From: Caecitellus pseudoparvulus
Lineage: Eukaryota; Protista; Bigyra: Bicosoecida
Assembly: GCA_965644315.1 (NCBI GenBank)
Contig: CBFFRQ010000066.1
Location: forward strand, 558,001-622,000
DNA length: 64,000 bases
Reading direction: 5' to 3'
The notes beneath the pieces were generated by a model. That model had not been told where the DNA came from. It did not search any database and saw only the letters and a list, made by a program, of their open reading frames with translations. Numbering within the stretch: position 1 is the first letter of the stretch; every line of letters starts with the position of its first letter. Made by a program: the position numbers and the translations under genes. Positions 45,378 to 56,021 of this stretch are shown in pieces.

Positions 45378-47344
45378 ATGCTGGCCTGGACGTGCCGCAG
45401 GGCGGCGGGCGTCGTGCGCAGAGCATGTCGCGCTGAGGGCGCCTGGAAACCAGCGCAAGTTGTCCGGGCGCGGGACACATTGCGTTGCTTCGCACGCTGC
45501 TGCTCAAGCGAGCCTGCTCGCTCCATCCCGACCCAGCTGCCGTCACGCTTTCCACGCACGCACTCGCTGGGCGAGCTGGTACTGGAGCACCAGGACCTAG
45601 AGCCTGGGAGCAGGGCCCGAGATGTCAGCGTTTGTGTGGCAGGGCGTGTCACTGCGAAGCGGGCCGCCAGCTCCAAGCTGGTCTTCCTGGACCTCACAGC
45701 AGACGGCGTAACAGTGCAGGTGCGGAAATTGCTCTCGCACACACAGTGCCGCGGCTCACCCGTCGTCTCTGCGCATGCGCTGAGCCCGCACAGGTGATGG
45801 CGAGTAAAGCTGAGTATACTGGAGCAGGCCTCCCCGAGGACGCGCCCGAGGCGTCCTTTTCCGGCAGCACTGGCCTGCTTCGTCGAGGGGACATCGTGGG
45901 CATCACTGGCTTCCCAGGCAAGAGCAACAAAGGCGAGCTGTCCATCATCCCCACCTCCATGCAGCTGCTGGCCCCATGCACGGCCAACTTGCCGCTGCCT
46001 GGCACTTTGACTGACCCAGACACGCGGCACAGGCAGCGCCACGTGGACGTACTCGTGAACAGCTCAGCGTGGCGGGGAGGGGCGCCACCCTCCGCCACCC
46101 CCACGCCGCCTGCCACACCAGGCGCGCTGACAGGCGCGGCCCAGCGCCGGTCAACCTGGCTCCCTGCAGCCGCATGTAATGTCCCTGCTGATGGCGTTGT
46201 TGGTCGCCCACGGGGTGTGCGGGACGTGCTGGTGCTGCGTAGCCGGGTGCTGCGTAGCCTGCGGCATTTCTACGAGAGGGAAGGATTCATGGAGGTGGAG
46301 ACGCCGACGCTGTTTCCGGCGGCAGGAGGCGCCACGGCACGCCCTTTCACTTCGCACATGGATGCGTACGGCTTGGACATGTTCCTGCGCATCGCGCCAG
46401 AGCTGTTCTTGAAGGTGCGCACGGTGGCAGAGTTGCCTTGGAGCCCACCGCTTTGCACCACCCCCTGCCCTCCCTTGCTCTTGCCACAGAAACTGATCAT
46501 TGCTGGATTTGAAAGAGTCTTTGAGATTGGGAAGGTGTTCCGCAACGAAGGCGTGTCTGCTGTGCACCACCCAGAGTTCACGACCGTGGAGAGCTACGCC
46601 GCGTACGAAGACGTGGAGGACGTGAAACGCATGACACAACGATTGCTGTGTAGCGTTGCAGAGGCTGCCACTGGCTCATCAAAGGTGCCTGTCTCCCACG
46701 CCTTCATGACTGACAGCGCACGCTCTGCTGCCGGGCTGCAGCCTGGGGAGGCAGTGGAAGTGGACTTTAGCGCGCCCTTCGCGAGTGTCAGCGTGCCTGA
46801 CGTGCTCGCACAGCACTTGGGCAGGCCCTTGCCTGATTCCCGCGACCCCGCAGCGGCACAGGAACTCAAGGCTCTGTGCCAGTCACACGGTGTGCCCGCT
46901 GAAGCCCCCTTCACAACAGCGCGCCTCCTAGATGCCATGATCAGCCACTGGATCGAGCCCACCTGCATGCAGCCAACGTTCGTAACTCACCACCCAATCG
47001 CCCTCTCACCCCTGGCTCGAGCAGTTCCAGGCGGTGCAGATGCTACTCAGCGCTTTGAGCTGTTCGTGGGTGGCCGTGAGCTGGCCAATGCGTATTCCGA
47101 GCTGAATGACCCCGCTGAGCAGTCAGCGCGTTTCGCGGAGCAGAGCGCTACCCGCGGGCAGGACGCTGAAGCCCACGATAAAGATGAAGACTTTGTGGCT
47201 GCATTGAAGTGTGGCCTTCCACCCACAGGTGGCTTTGGGCTGGGTGTGGACCGCCTCGTCATGCTGCTGACTGGCACAGACCACCTGCGGGATGTGCTGG
47301 CATTCCCCATCACACGCCCCCTGCCACCGCCCACTGAGGCGTGA
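45378..47344 (+). CDS. KARS: Lysyl-tRNA synthetase class II, probably mitochondrial
   Basis: Arg-rich N-terminus, VAGRV..KLVFLDL, EVETP..GGATARPF, LRIAPELFLK, FRNEG, GLPPTGGFGLGVDRL. Introns ~45720-45793 and ~46414-46489. Confidence 0.92.
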
Positions 47345-47358
47345 GCAGACGCAATGCA

Positions 47359-50300
47359 TCACCTACGGCGGCCCCTTCCCCGGCCCCGGCGGCCCTTGCC
47401 CCCCCCTCGACTCCGCCCACGCCCCCCTCGCGAACTGGCCTCCCGGGGCTGCGGCTCACTCCCCGAGCTTCCGTAGCTGAAGCCCAGACTGATGCTGCTG
47501 CCGGCGTGAGTGACAGACATACCAGCACTGCCGTGCCCGCTGGGGCGCTCAGCGGGCAGGGGCGCCTTGGCTGCTCTCGACTTGGACCCTTTCGAGGCTT
47601 GGCTGGTGGGGTACGCCGCCGGCCCGCGCGATGGCTGCGCTGCAGGCGGCATGCCCCGGAGCTGTGGCTGCTTCGACGCGTGAGGCTTGGGAGGCGGCGT
47701 CGCCGCAGCGTCCCCGCTGGCCTGCAAAACGCTGCACAGGGCGTCGATGAGTGCCTCTGCCTCTGCGTCACGTGACATGTCCATGTCTGGCTGCAGGATT
47801 TTGCGGCGCAGGATGCCTTCCAGACACCCCCGCAGCATGCGGGCGATGGCGGCGACCTTGGGCGATGGCGTGCGGTAGTACAGCCATCCATCCACCACCA
47901 GCACCGTGTCGCTGCCTTGGCTGGTGGCAGAGGGCAGCGTCACGGCTCGCCCAGACGAGCTGGTCGTGGCCTCTTGCACTGCCGCGTACTGCACCGCCAG
48001 CTTGGCGCCTGTCAGCAGCAGAGGCCAGGCGGTGATGGGGGAGATGTCACGCAGGAACACTGCTGAGGTCTTGACTTTCTCAAAGAACACGCCGTACCGA
48101 CATGCCCCGAAAGATGCCGCCGTTGCGTCCGCATTCACGCTGGAGGGGTGCATCTGCACAGGTCCAGAGCGGGTTTTCAGAGCCAGCGTTCCGGACGAAG
48201 CAGCCGAGCTGCGCCCACCTGCAGCGGGTGGAGGGGGGAACGTCGTCACGTTGGGGTACAGCCCTCCACACAGGACTGTCTTGACCAGTCCGTGGTTCGA
48301 CGCATTGCGGTTCCACGGCGCATCCGCGTCAGCCCCGACGCCATCGGACACAAGGCTGCTCCAGGAACGCCCCTTGCCGCCCCCACCCCGCGCTGGGCGA
48401 AAGCGCCGGTACGAGGGGGGTTTCTGCACAAAGCCAATGTCCACAAGGAGGTCGAACAGCTGGGCCTTCATCTCGGAAATCGTGCACAGCGTAGCACGCG
48501 ACAGGAAGTTGTCGAACTCGAAATCCCGCAAGTCGTCCCAGGCGCCCCTGCTGCCCTTGCTCGCCGCCACCTCCGCCGCCAGTGCCCTCCACTTGTCATA
48601 CGCATTCATGAGGGTCAGGTGGTCGCTGGCGCCAATGCAGAACGCCTTCTTGGCCTTGTCCGACTCCGTGCGTTTGTCCAGGGGGGCCATGAACGGCGAC
48701 CGACTGGCCAGCCCGGCGGCAATTGTCAGCACGGGGTCCAGGCAGCCGAACACAGCGCCCATGAGGATCATCTTGCCCAGGCGGGGGTCGATGGGCAAGC
48801 AGGCCAGGTGGTACCCCAGTGGTGTCAGTTGGTCGCCGGCGCCCTCGTCCAGGGCTTGCAGCCCCCGCAGCGCGCGCAGACTGGATGTCACCGCCTCCTC
48901 CTCAGGCGGGTTCACCGCTGACCCAAGGAAGGCCTCCACCTCCCCCAGCTCCAGCACCCGGATGGACAGCACCAGCTCGTCAAGGGGCACGCGCAGCATC
49001 TCGGGCAGGGTGTACTCTGCCAGCCCCGCATCCCAGCGGTGCTGGGAAAAAAGGTGGTAGCAGTAGCCAGCGGCCACACGGCCGGCACGCCCCCGCCGCT
49101 GTTTTGCACTGGCCTGCGAGACCCACGTCGTGACGAGGGACGCCATGCGGTTGGAGGGGTCAAAGCGGTTCTCCTTCACCTTGCCCACGTCCACCACGTA
49201 CACGACGTCGTCGATGGTGATGGAGGTTTCGGCGATGTTGGTGGAGATGACGATCTTCCGCACACCGGGCGGCGGCCGGTCGAATACGGCTTTTTGCTGA
49301 GACGTCGGCAGCGTGGAGTGCAGGGGGTGAATGACAAACTTGCCTTTGTTGGCGAAGAGCCCGCCCGCCTTGGTCAGCTGCTCGTACAGCTTCTGGATCT
49401 CAGCCAGGCCGGGCATGAACACGAGAATGGCACCGGCAGGTGTGGAGGCCGACGCCTCCTCGTCAGCTGCTGCGGCCGCTGTGCCTGAGCGGCGGTTGGC
49501 GGGGTCTGCTGACACGATGTGTCGAAGTGTCGCTTCGATAAGGTCGTAGTTGATGACTTCTGGGTCCATAGCCGCCAGAGTGTCGAGAAAGGCGGCCTTG
49601 CGACCGGGATATGCCTTGCGCAGTGCAGCGAGCGACCCGTCGTCTTCAGCGACAGCGGGAGGAGGGCCCTTGCCACCTCCCCCTCCCTTGCCCTTCCGAG
49701 CGTACTCGCTGCCAGGCGCACAGGTGTACCCAGTCACATCCAGCACGTGCTCCAGCGTGTGGGCTGTTACGGGGAAGGCACGCCCAGGCACGTGAATGGC
49801 GGGTGCTCCGCCGAAATAGTCAGCGAACAGCTGCGCATTCAGAGTCGCAGACATGAGGATGAGGCGCAGCTTCGGGCGAGATGGCAGCAGGCGGCGCAAA
49901 ATGATGAGCAGGAAGTCAGTGTTCAAATCCCGCTCGTGCACTTCATCCACACACACGTGCGTCACGCCCCGCAGCGCACCGTCGCCCTGCAGTCGGCGCA
50001 GCAGCACGCCAGTCGTGCAAAACAGCAACCTCGTCTCGGCAGACCGCTTGCTCTCCAGCCGGATGCTGTACCCGACGCTCTGCCCAGTGCGTTCGCACCG
50101 CTCGGCGGCGACGCGGTCAGCGACGCCAATGGCTGAAATACGCCGTGGCTGGGTGCAGATGATGTTCACATCGGCGCCCTGACCAGAGCTGACTGCCGCA
50201 TCCAGCAGCAACTGTGGCACCTGTGTCGTCTTGCCAGCTCCCGTTTCGGCAGAAATGACGACCACCTGGTTCGACGCCACAGCCGCGAGCAGTTCCTTCC

Positions 50301-52509
50301 GCAGCTGGTACATGGGCAGCCGCTCCCGCTGGCGCAGCATGCTCTTGTACTTGCCGCTCTTCTGCCGGGCGGCAAACTCCTTCTTCAGGCGGGCGCTTTC
50401 TGCCTTGCGCGCCTCATTCACACTTGCCTCCCGAGCTGCGTCAGGGCGCTGTGTGCTGGGCGCGGGGGGCTGGGTCGTTGCTGCTCGCCCCACCGGCAGA
50501 AGTGCCGCGTCTGGCGGCGGCTGGTCTTCCCCTTCGAACAACCACGGCCAGGCCTCTTCCTGTGCCTTCACTTCCCCCAGCAATGCTTGCAGCTGGGGCG
50601 TGGGAGTGACGTCCAGGGGCAAAGGGGTGTGTTCCGGCACCTCGGCTGCCGGGGCAGGTTCCACAGGAGCACACCTGCCAGCCCCACTGCTGGCCTCAGC
50701 TGAGGGTGCAGCGGGGGGCACAGCAGGGGTGGTGGATGCCTTTGCTGCGGCCTTGGCCGCTTCGGCTTCTGCTTCTGCTGCAAGGCGTGACTCGCGCAGG
50801 CGACGCGAATGAAACGCACGAGCGGCGGCAGCGCGTGACGCCGCATCCATGGGCTTGGCGGCAGCGCCTCCGCCCTTCCCCGCCTTGGCTGTTTTGGCGG
50901 CCGAAGTCGCTGCCTTGTGTGCAGCGCTGGCAGCGGATGCAAACGCGTGCAGCTCAACGGCAAATGCGCCTGCCAGCGCGTCTGCCAAGCAGGCTGCTTT
51001 CGTGGTGTTCTTCGGGATGCTCGCCTTCGCGTCTGAGATGGAGTCATGTTGTGGGAGGGCTCCACCTGCCTCTGCCACCCACATTGCAGCTGAGTACATG
51101 ATTGGGCCTCCCTGAGCCGCCACTGCCGCGCTCGCCACCTGTGCTGACAAGTGTGCTTGCACAATGCCAGCTTGCAGCGACGGCAGCGGGGCTCCGGGAA
51201 TCTGCACCCACACACTGGGGGCAGAGCATTCCTTCCCGGAGCCATAGGCACTGCCACGTGGCACTGCGAAGAATATGTGCACTTTGTGCGGCCATGTGCG
51301 GGTCTTGCAGGCCAGCAGGCGTTTCCACTCTTCGGCAGTGCACTTGGGCGCATCCCACCGCAGCGGGGCGTTTTCCCGCCCCCGTAGCGACGCCACTTCC
51401 TCATACACCTGTGCAGGCCACCCTGATGGCGGCAGTGGCAGGTCTACTTGCGCCTCCACGCGCAGCAGCAATTGCAGCCCTTCATGCTCCACTGAACTGT
51501 CTGCGGGGGGTGCCGGCAGGCCGCACTCGTCAGCCGCGCCCACAGCGTCTGCCAGCACCTGCACTGCGCCTGGCTCGAAGATGACGGACAGGGCCATGGC
51601 TTCGTTGGCCAGAGTGGCGGCGATGAGGTCGCCCTCGTCGCCGTCTGCGACCCAGGCAGTCCACGGCGTCGCCGCGTGCGACCCGCCCTGCCGAACCGCC
51701 CGCAGAGCAGGCACAATGTACATGGGCAGCTTCTCGCCAGCCACCATGTACGCGCCAGTGCTGTACTCAGCCAAACATGCGAGAGCTGTTGTCCACGGCA
51801 CGGCGCGCCCTGCCTCACCGCCCAAGTGAGCTGCCAACCCAGTCACCAGGTCCTGTGCAACTTGCCGACACACGCCCCGGGCCATGAGGCGCAGAACAGC
51901 GTGTTCCTGCTTCCAGGGGAGGCTCTGACGCAGTGCAAGTTGCCGACGGGTGACGTTTGTCTTGGCTGGTGCGTCCCCCTCTGCTGTGGGGGCTGAGAAC
52001 GCGGCCGTGACAGTGTCCTCAGTCAGGTGCACACACAACCAGTCCATGGCGGCGACAACATCCGCCCCCCCCGTCGCGGCCAGGGCGGACTGCACTGCCG
52101 ATACGGGAAATTGGTAGTGCTGTGTGAGGTGTTCGACGATTTCCGCCGCGACGGAGGTGTCTGGTGCCGGAGGGGGGGCGGCATCCCCCACTGGACCCGG
52201 TCCATCCGCAGCTGCGCTGCCGGCTGCTGCAGATGGCACACTGCTGAGGGGGGCGCCAGCCTCGGGGGCGGACACGGCAGTGCTCTGCCTCAGCACCTCC
52301 TCCACGTGTGCCTCCACTGCTGGCGGCAGCGAGATGACCTCTGCGCGCTTGGGCACCTTCTTCACCAGCGGCTTGGCCAGGCCAGATGTGACAGGTGCAG
52401 GGCTTGGGGCTGACGTGAGGTGTTCAGGGACCGGAACAGACCCACGCCCACGTCCCCGCCCTCGTCCGCGACCACGGCCACGTCCACGACCGCGGCCCCT
52501 TGACTGCAT
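47359..52509 (-). CDS. DEAH-box RNA helicase (DHX57/DHX29-like)
   Basis: ETGAGKTTQ, CTQPRRISA, DEVHER, MSAT, TNIAETSITIDD, QRRGRAGR, plus N-terminal RG repeats and a UBA-like region. Confidence 0.92.
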   Translation of the reverse strand: MQSRGRGRGRGRGRGRGRGRGRGSVPVPEHLTSAPSPAPVTSGLAKPLVKKVPKRAEVISLPPAVEAHVEEVLRQSTAVSAPEAGAPLSSVPSAAAGSAAADGPGPVGDAAPPPAPDTSVAAEIVEHLTQHYQFPVSAVQSALAATGGADVVAAMDWLCVHLTEDTVTAAFSAPTAEGDAPAKTNVTRRQLALRQSLPWKQEHAVLRLMARGVCRQVAQDLVTGLAAHLGGEAGRAVPWTTALACLAEYSTGAYMVAGEKLPMYIVPALRAVRQGGSHAATPWTAWVADGDEGDLIAATLANEAMALSVIFEPGAVQVLADAVGAADECGLPAPPADSSVEHEGLQLLLRVEAQVDLPLPPSGWPAQVYEEVASLRGRENAPLRWDAPKCTAEEWKRLLACKTRTWPHKVHIFFAVPRGSAYGSGKECSAPSVWVQIPGAPLPSLQAGIVQAHLSAQVASAAVAAQGGPIMYSAAMWVAEAGGALPQHDSISDAKASIPKNTTKAACLADALAGAFAVELHAFASAASAAHKAATSAAKTAKAGKGGGAAAKPMDAASRAAAARAFHSRRLRESRLAAEAEAEAAKAAAKASTTPAVPPAAPSAEASSGAGRCAPVEPAPAAEVPEHTPLPLDVTPTPQLQALLGEVKAQEEAWPWLFEGEDQPPPDAALLPVGRAATTQPPAPSTQRPDAAREASVNEARKAESARLKKEFAARQKSGKYKSMLRQRERLPMYQLRKELLAAVASNQVVVISAETGAGKTTQVPQLLLDAAVSSGQGADVNIICTQPRRISAIGVADRVAAERCERTGQSVGYSIRLESKRSAETRLLFCTTGVLLRRLQGDGALRGVTHVCVDEVHERDLNTDFLLIILRRLLPSRPKLRLILMSATLNAQLFADYFGGAPAIHVPGRAFPVTAHTLEHVLDVTGYTCAPGSEYARKGKGGGGGKGPPPAVAEDDGSLAALRKAYPGRKAAFLDTLAAMDPEVINYDLIEATLRHIVSADPANRRSGTAAAAADEEASASTPAGAILVFMPGLAEIQKLYEQLTKAGGLFANKGKFVIHPLHSTLPTSQQKAVFDRPPPGVRKIVISTNIAETSITIDDVVYVVDVGKVKENRFDPSNRMASLVTTWVSQASAKQRRGRAGRVAAGYCYHLFSQHRWDAGLAEYTLPEMLRVPLDELVLSIRVLELGEVEAFLGSAVNPPEEEAVTSSLRALRGLQALDEGAGDQLTPLGYHLACLPIDPRLGKMILMGAVFGCLDPVLTIAAGLASRSPFMAPLDKRTESDKAKKAFCIGASDHLTLMNAYDKWRALAAEVAASKGSRGAWDDLRDFEFDNFLSRATLCTISEMKAQLFDLLVDIGFVQKPPSYRRFRPARGGGGKGRSWSSLVSDGVGADADAPWNRNASNHGLVKTVLCGGLYPNVTTFPPPPAAGGRSSAASSGTLALKTRSGPVQMHPSSVNADATAASFGACRYGVFFEKVKTSAVFLRDISPITAWPLLLTGAKLAVQYAAVQEATTSSSGRAVTLPSATSQGSDTVLVVDGWLYYRTPSPKVAAIARMLRGCLEGILRRKILQPDMDMSRDAEAEALIDALCSVLQASGDAAATPPPKPHASKQPQLRGMPPAAQPSRGPAAYPTSQASKGSKSRAAKAPLPAERPSGHGSAGMSVTHAGSSISLGFSYGSSGSEPQPREASSRGGRGRSRGGGKGRRGRGRGRRR

Positions 52510-52924
52510 TGGGAGGTGGGAGGGGGCGACGTTGTGGGCGGCGTGCTAGGCAATTTCCGCAGGCGACCGTACCTTGTTGAAGCGCCCTCCGCCTCTGTTT
52601 GGACCCCTTCCCATCGTTTCCCCAGGCTCCGCAACGATATCAGTGATAAACGTTGGGCTAGGTCGCTAGCTTGCGCTCAGTCCTCGGTGGGCAGAGTGCC
52701 TTTGCTCTGCAGCAGCAGCAGACACGGCTCAAACCTGGGCCACTATTGTGCATGCATGCGCTGGCACAGTAAAGCCAGCGCCACAAATCTTGAACGAGGA
52801 TAATTTGTACCATCCAATTTCATGTTCAATCGACTTGCGAAGCCCCGTACACTCCCAACTGAACGGCATTGCGTGAAGGAGGAGAGGGGTGGCAAGGATC
52901 AGGGAAAGCGATTTCCGCAGCACG

Positions 52925-54280
52925 ATGGCTGGGCAGTGGGCTGTGCGCCGGGCGCTACACGCAGCCATCACCTTGCAGCCCAGTGTGTGGGTACCTCCAG
53001 TCCCCCTGCGGGCATTCTCTAGCAAGGGGGGCGCTCCGAACCGCCACAAGTTCACCGACCGCGTGAGGCTGCAGGTGGAGGGCGGGCAGGGAGGTCGAGG
53101 TGTGCAGGCCATGGCAGCAACGGGGTCCAACCCGCTCTACAAGCGGCGCGTGGGGGCTGCGGGGGGTGACGGCGGTGACGTCATCATTCGAGCGGCTTCT
53201 GCGCTTGAGGACCTGAACATGAACAAGTTCGTGTTCAACGGCGTGAAGGGTGGTGACGCCAAGGGCCAGGGGCTGGCGGGGGGGCGAGGTCGCGACGTGA
53301 TCGTGCACGTGCCCTGTGGCACCGTGGTCAAGGATGTGCAGCGAGTGTACATCCTGGACCCGGAGGCTGACGTGGCTGGCGCGGAGACGCCTGAACCCGG
53401 AACAGAACACCTGCCAGTCGTGCAGCCCAGCGCCCCCGGCAAGCTGCCCTACCGTGACACCCTCACCCGGCTGGGGGAGGTGACTGAGGACGGGGACAGC
53501 ATGCTGGTGGCACGTGGGGGGGCGGGCGGCTTGGGCAATGCCTCATTCCGCCGTGACGAGGACTGGCCTGAAACGCCGCACATCGCCGGCGAACCCGGCC
53601 AACTGCGGTTTTTGGAGCTGGAGCTGAAGGTGCTGGCAGACATTGGGCTGGTGGGTTTCCCCAACGCTGGCAAGAGCAGCCTGCTGGCAAGTATGTCAGC
53701 TGCCCAGCCAAAGGTGGCAGACTACCCATTCACGACGCTGTCGCCGGTGATGGGCGTGCTGCGTTTCGGGGACGGCTCCAGCCTGCGCGTTGCAGACGTG
53801 CCAGGCCTCATCACTGGCGCATCAGAGGATCGGGGTCTGGGCCACGAATTCTTGCGCCACATCGAACGCTCGACGGTGCTGGTGTATGTCGTTGACGCCT
53901 CAGGCAGCGACATTACTGCTGGGCAGGAGGAGGGGGCCGATGAGGGGGGCAGCGTGGACCGTTTACGGGGGCCCCGCCCGTCAGAGGCGGGTCTGACCCC
54001 CTCACAGCGCCGTGTACGCCGGGCAGTGGACGATCTGGCGGCACTGCAGGAGGAGCTGCGTGCGTACAACCCAGCCCTGCTGGCACGGCCGGCACTGGTG
54101 GTGGCCAACAAGACAGACCTCCCCGGAACACAGAACACAGTGGAGGCCCTGAGACAGGCCACCATGTTGCCCGTGGTGGCAGTGTCAGCTCTGCAGCGCG
54201 CTGGCCTGCCGTTGCTGGTGCGTTCCCTCAAGTGGCTTCACGACACGGCCAGCCAACAGGGGGCGGGCAGCGGCAGGTGA
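52925..54280 (+). CDS. Obg-family GTPase (MTG2-like)
   Basis: Gly-rich Obg fold, ELKVLADIGLVGFPNAGKSS, YPFTT, DVPG, NKTD. Confidence 0.92.
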   Translation: MAGQWAVRRALHAAITLQPSVWVPPVPLRAFSSKGGAPNRHKFTDRVRLQVEGGQGGRGVQAMAATGSNPLYKRRVGAAGGDGGDVIIRAASALEDLNMNKFVFNGVKGGDAKGQGLAGGRGRDVIVHVPCGTVVKDVQRVYILDPEADVAGAETPEPGTEHLPVVQPSAPGKLPYRDTLTRLGEVTEDGDSMLVARGGAGGLGNASFRRDEDWPETPHIAGEPGQLRFLELELKVLADIGLVGFPNAGKSSLLASMSAAQPKVADYPFTTLSPVMGVLRFGDGSSLRVADVPGLITGASEDRGLGHEFLRHIERSTVLVYVVDASGSDITAGQEEGADEGGSVDRLRGPRPSEAGLTPSQRRVRRAVDDLAALQEELRAYNPALLARPALVVANKTDLPGTQNTVEALRQATMLPVVAVSALQRAGLPLLVRSLKWLHDTASQQGAGSGR

Positions 54281-54323
54281 AGTGGGGAGGCCTGGGGGTG
54301 CGGAATGCATTGGGCGAGACCGT

Positions 54324-55258
54324 TTAACTGGATGCCGTGGCTTCTGCAGGGGCGGTTGGTGGGGTGGCAGACACCGCCGCCACACCCCCCTCAGCGGCAG
54401 CGGGAGGGGGTGACACGGCATCCCCACCTGCGCCGACCTTCCCTGCATCAGCACTCGCCTCGTCTGCCTTGGCTGCCGTGGCTGATCCGGGGATGGGGCG
54501 ACCGTTTGCTGCTGCGCAGTGCGGCTCGCTCCCCAGCTCGGTAATGTCGCCAGACGGCAGCAGGGGCAAACCCACCTCAGCCCGGGAGAGCTCGTGGTGC
54601 AGCTCCAGCCCATTCTCACCATCAGCATAGTACTTGGGCTCCACGCCGTGTTGCCTGAGGGGGGCGGGGGGTGGCCAGGGGCAGTGAAATGGCACTGCGG
54701 CAGGCTGGAACTTGACATAGCACACGCACTTGAACTGCAGCGTCTTTGTGTACAGGTGCTTGGCAGCTTCATTCGTCTCACGGACGTGCAGGGAGCAGTA
54801 CTTTGCGTCATACACCTCCACCATTGCGCGCTCTGTGCAAGCAAGGCGGGAGGCGAAATGTCAGCAAGGCTGGTGCACAATCGCCCGATTTCCGCACGCC
54901 TTCACACGCACGAGTGGCTTCCATGAGCTTCGTCGCGAGGCCCAACTTGCGGTGAGTGCGCATGACTGCCAGTGACGTGATGTGCCCGTGCAGGGGCCTG
55001 TCGTCCTCATCGCTGCGGTGAGATGGCGGCGGGTGGTGTGTGCACTGGCTCTGGTCAGCTCGCTGCCAGCACGCACATCTTGCCCAGCACATAGCCGACG
55101 ATCTTGCCGCCAGCCTCCTCAGCGACGTAGGTGAGGGCGGGCCATGACAGCAGGTGGTAGTAGTAGTACTTTAGGTGGTAGTTCTCGGGCAGACAGTGCA
55201 GGTTGGCCGTCTGCAGGCCGATGAGGTCTTTGAACTCGCCGCGGCGAATGCTGACCAT
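54324..55258 (-). CDS. NAA10: N-terminal acetyltransferase catalytic subunit
   Basis: [57 protein letters not shown] across about four exons. Confidence 0.93.
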
Positions 55259-55462
55259 GGTGCAAGCACTGAGCGGTTCGCGGCCACAGACAGGGGCAGG
55301 GGAAAGGGGCTGCTGAATGGCGCCGATGGCAGGTGGGTTGTGCAGGGAGTGTGTTTTGTTTCTTTTAGAATGATTGTCACGCTCTTTGCGGCTGACAAAC
55401 ACCGAGACTGGCATGCGATATCCTTGGGAGAAAAATGGTCGCGGGGTGGCGTGTGCGCCGAC

Positions 55463-55724
55463 CAGGGATCTCAGGGGTATACGGGAAGCCATCTCCGCAC
55501 CTTCTAACTGAGATGCCGGACACCCCATTGCAAATGGGGGGTGGACCCTCCCCTTCGCCGCCCGGGTCCAAAGCGATAACGCTCCTCCACCTCCTCCGTC
55601 GGCTTGCCGACGCTCGTCCTGGGCAAGATCAAGTGCCACCTTGTCATTAATATGCCAGACAGGGATCTCAGGGGTGTCCAGGAAGCTAGTTCGGCACCCT
55701 TTCTTGCTGAGATGCCGGACACCC
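55463..55724. repeat. Duplicated ~64-bp intergenic motif (55463-55525 and 55660-55724) with internal inverted segments
   Basis: cagggatctcaggggt...ggaagc...gcacc...ctgagatgccggacaccc occurs twice. Confidence 0.85.
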
Positions 55725-56021
55725 GGTCGAGTGAAGCCAGACACACTTGAAATGCCTGGCACCAAACTACACCTCGTAAAATTCCCATGAACACAGCTGG
55801 ATTGACTGTACTCCCGTTCCTCAGCGTGCCTAGCGCCGTGTCTCCACTCCTGGCCGCCACAGGTGAGCATGCACCGGTGCAAGTGCGGAAGTTGCACCCT
55901 CACAAGTCAACTTCCACAACGCCTCCCCGCCACGCCAACACACCTACCCACTGCCATCATCCCGCAGGAGTCGGCAACACAGCACTGTTCCACCTGACCA
56001 GAGCCCCTGCCATCCATCGCC

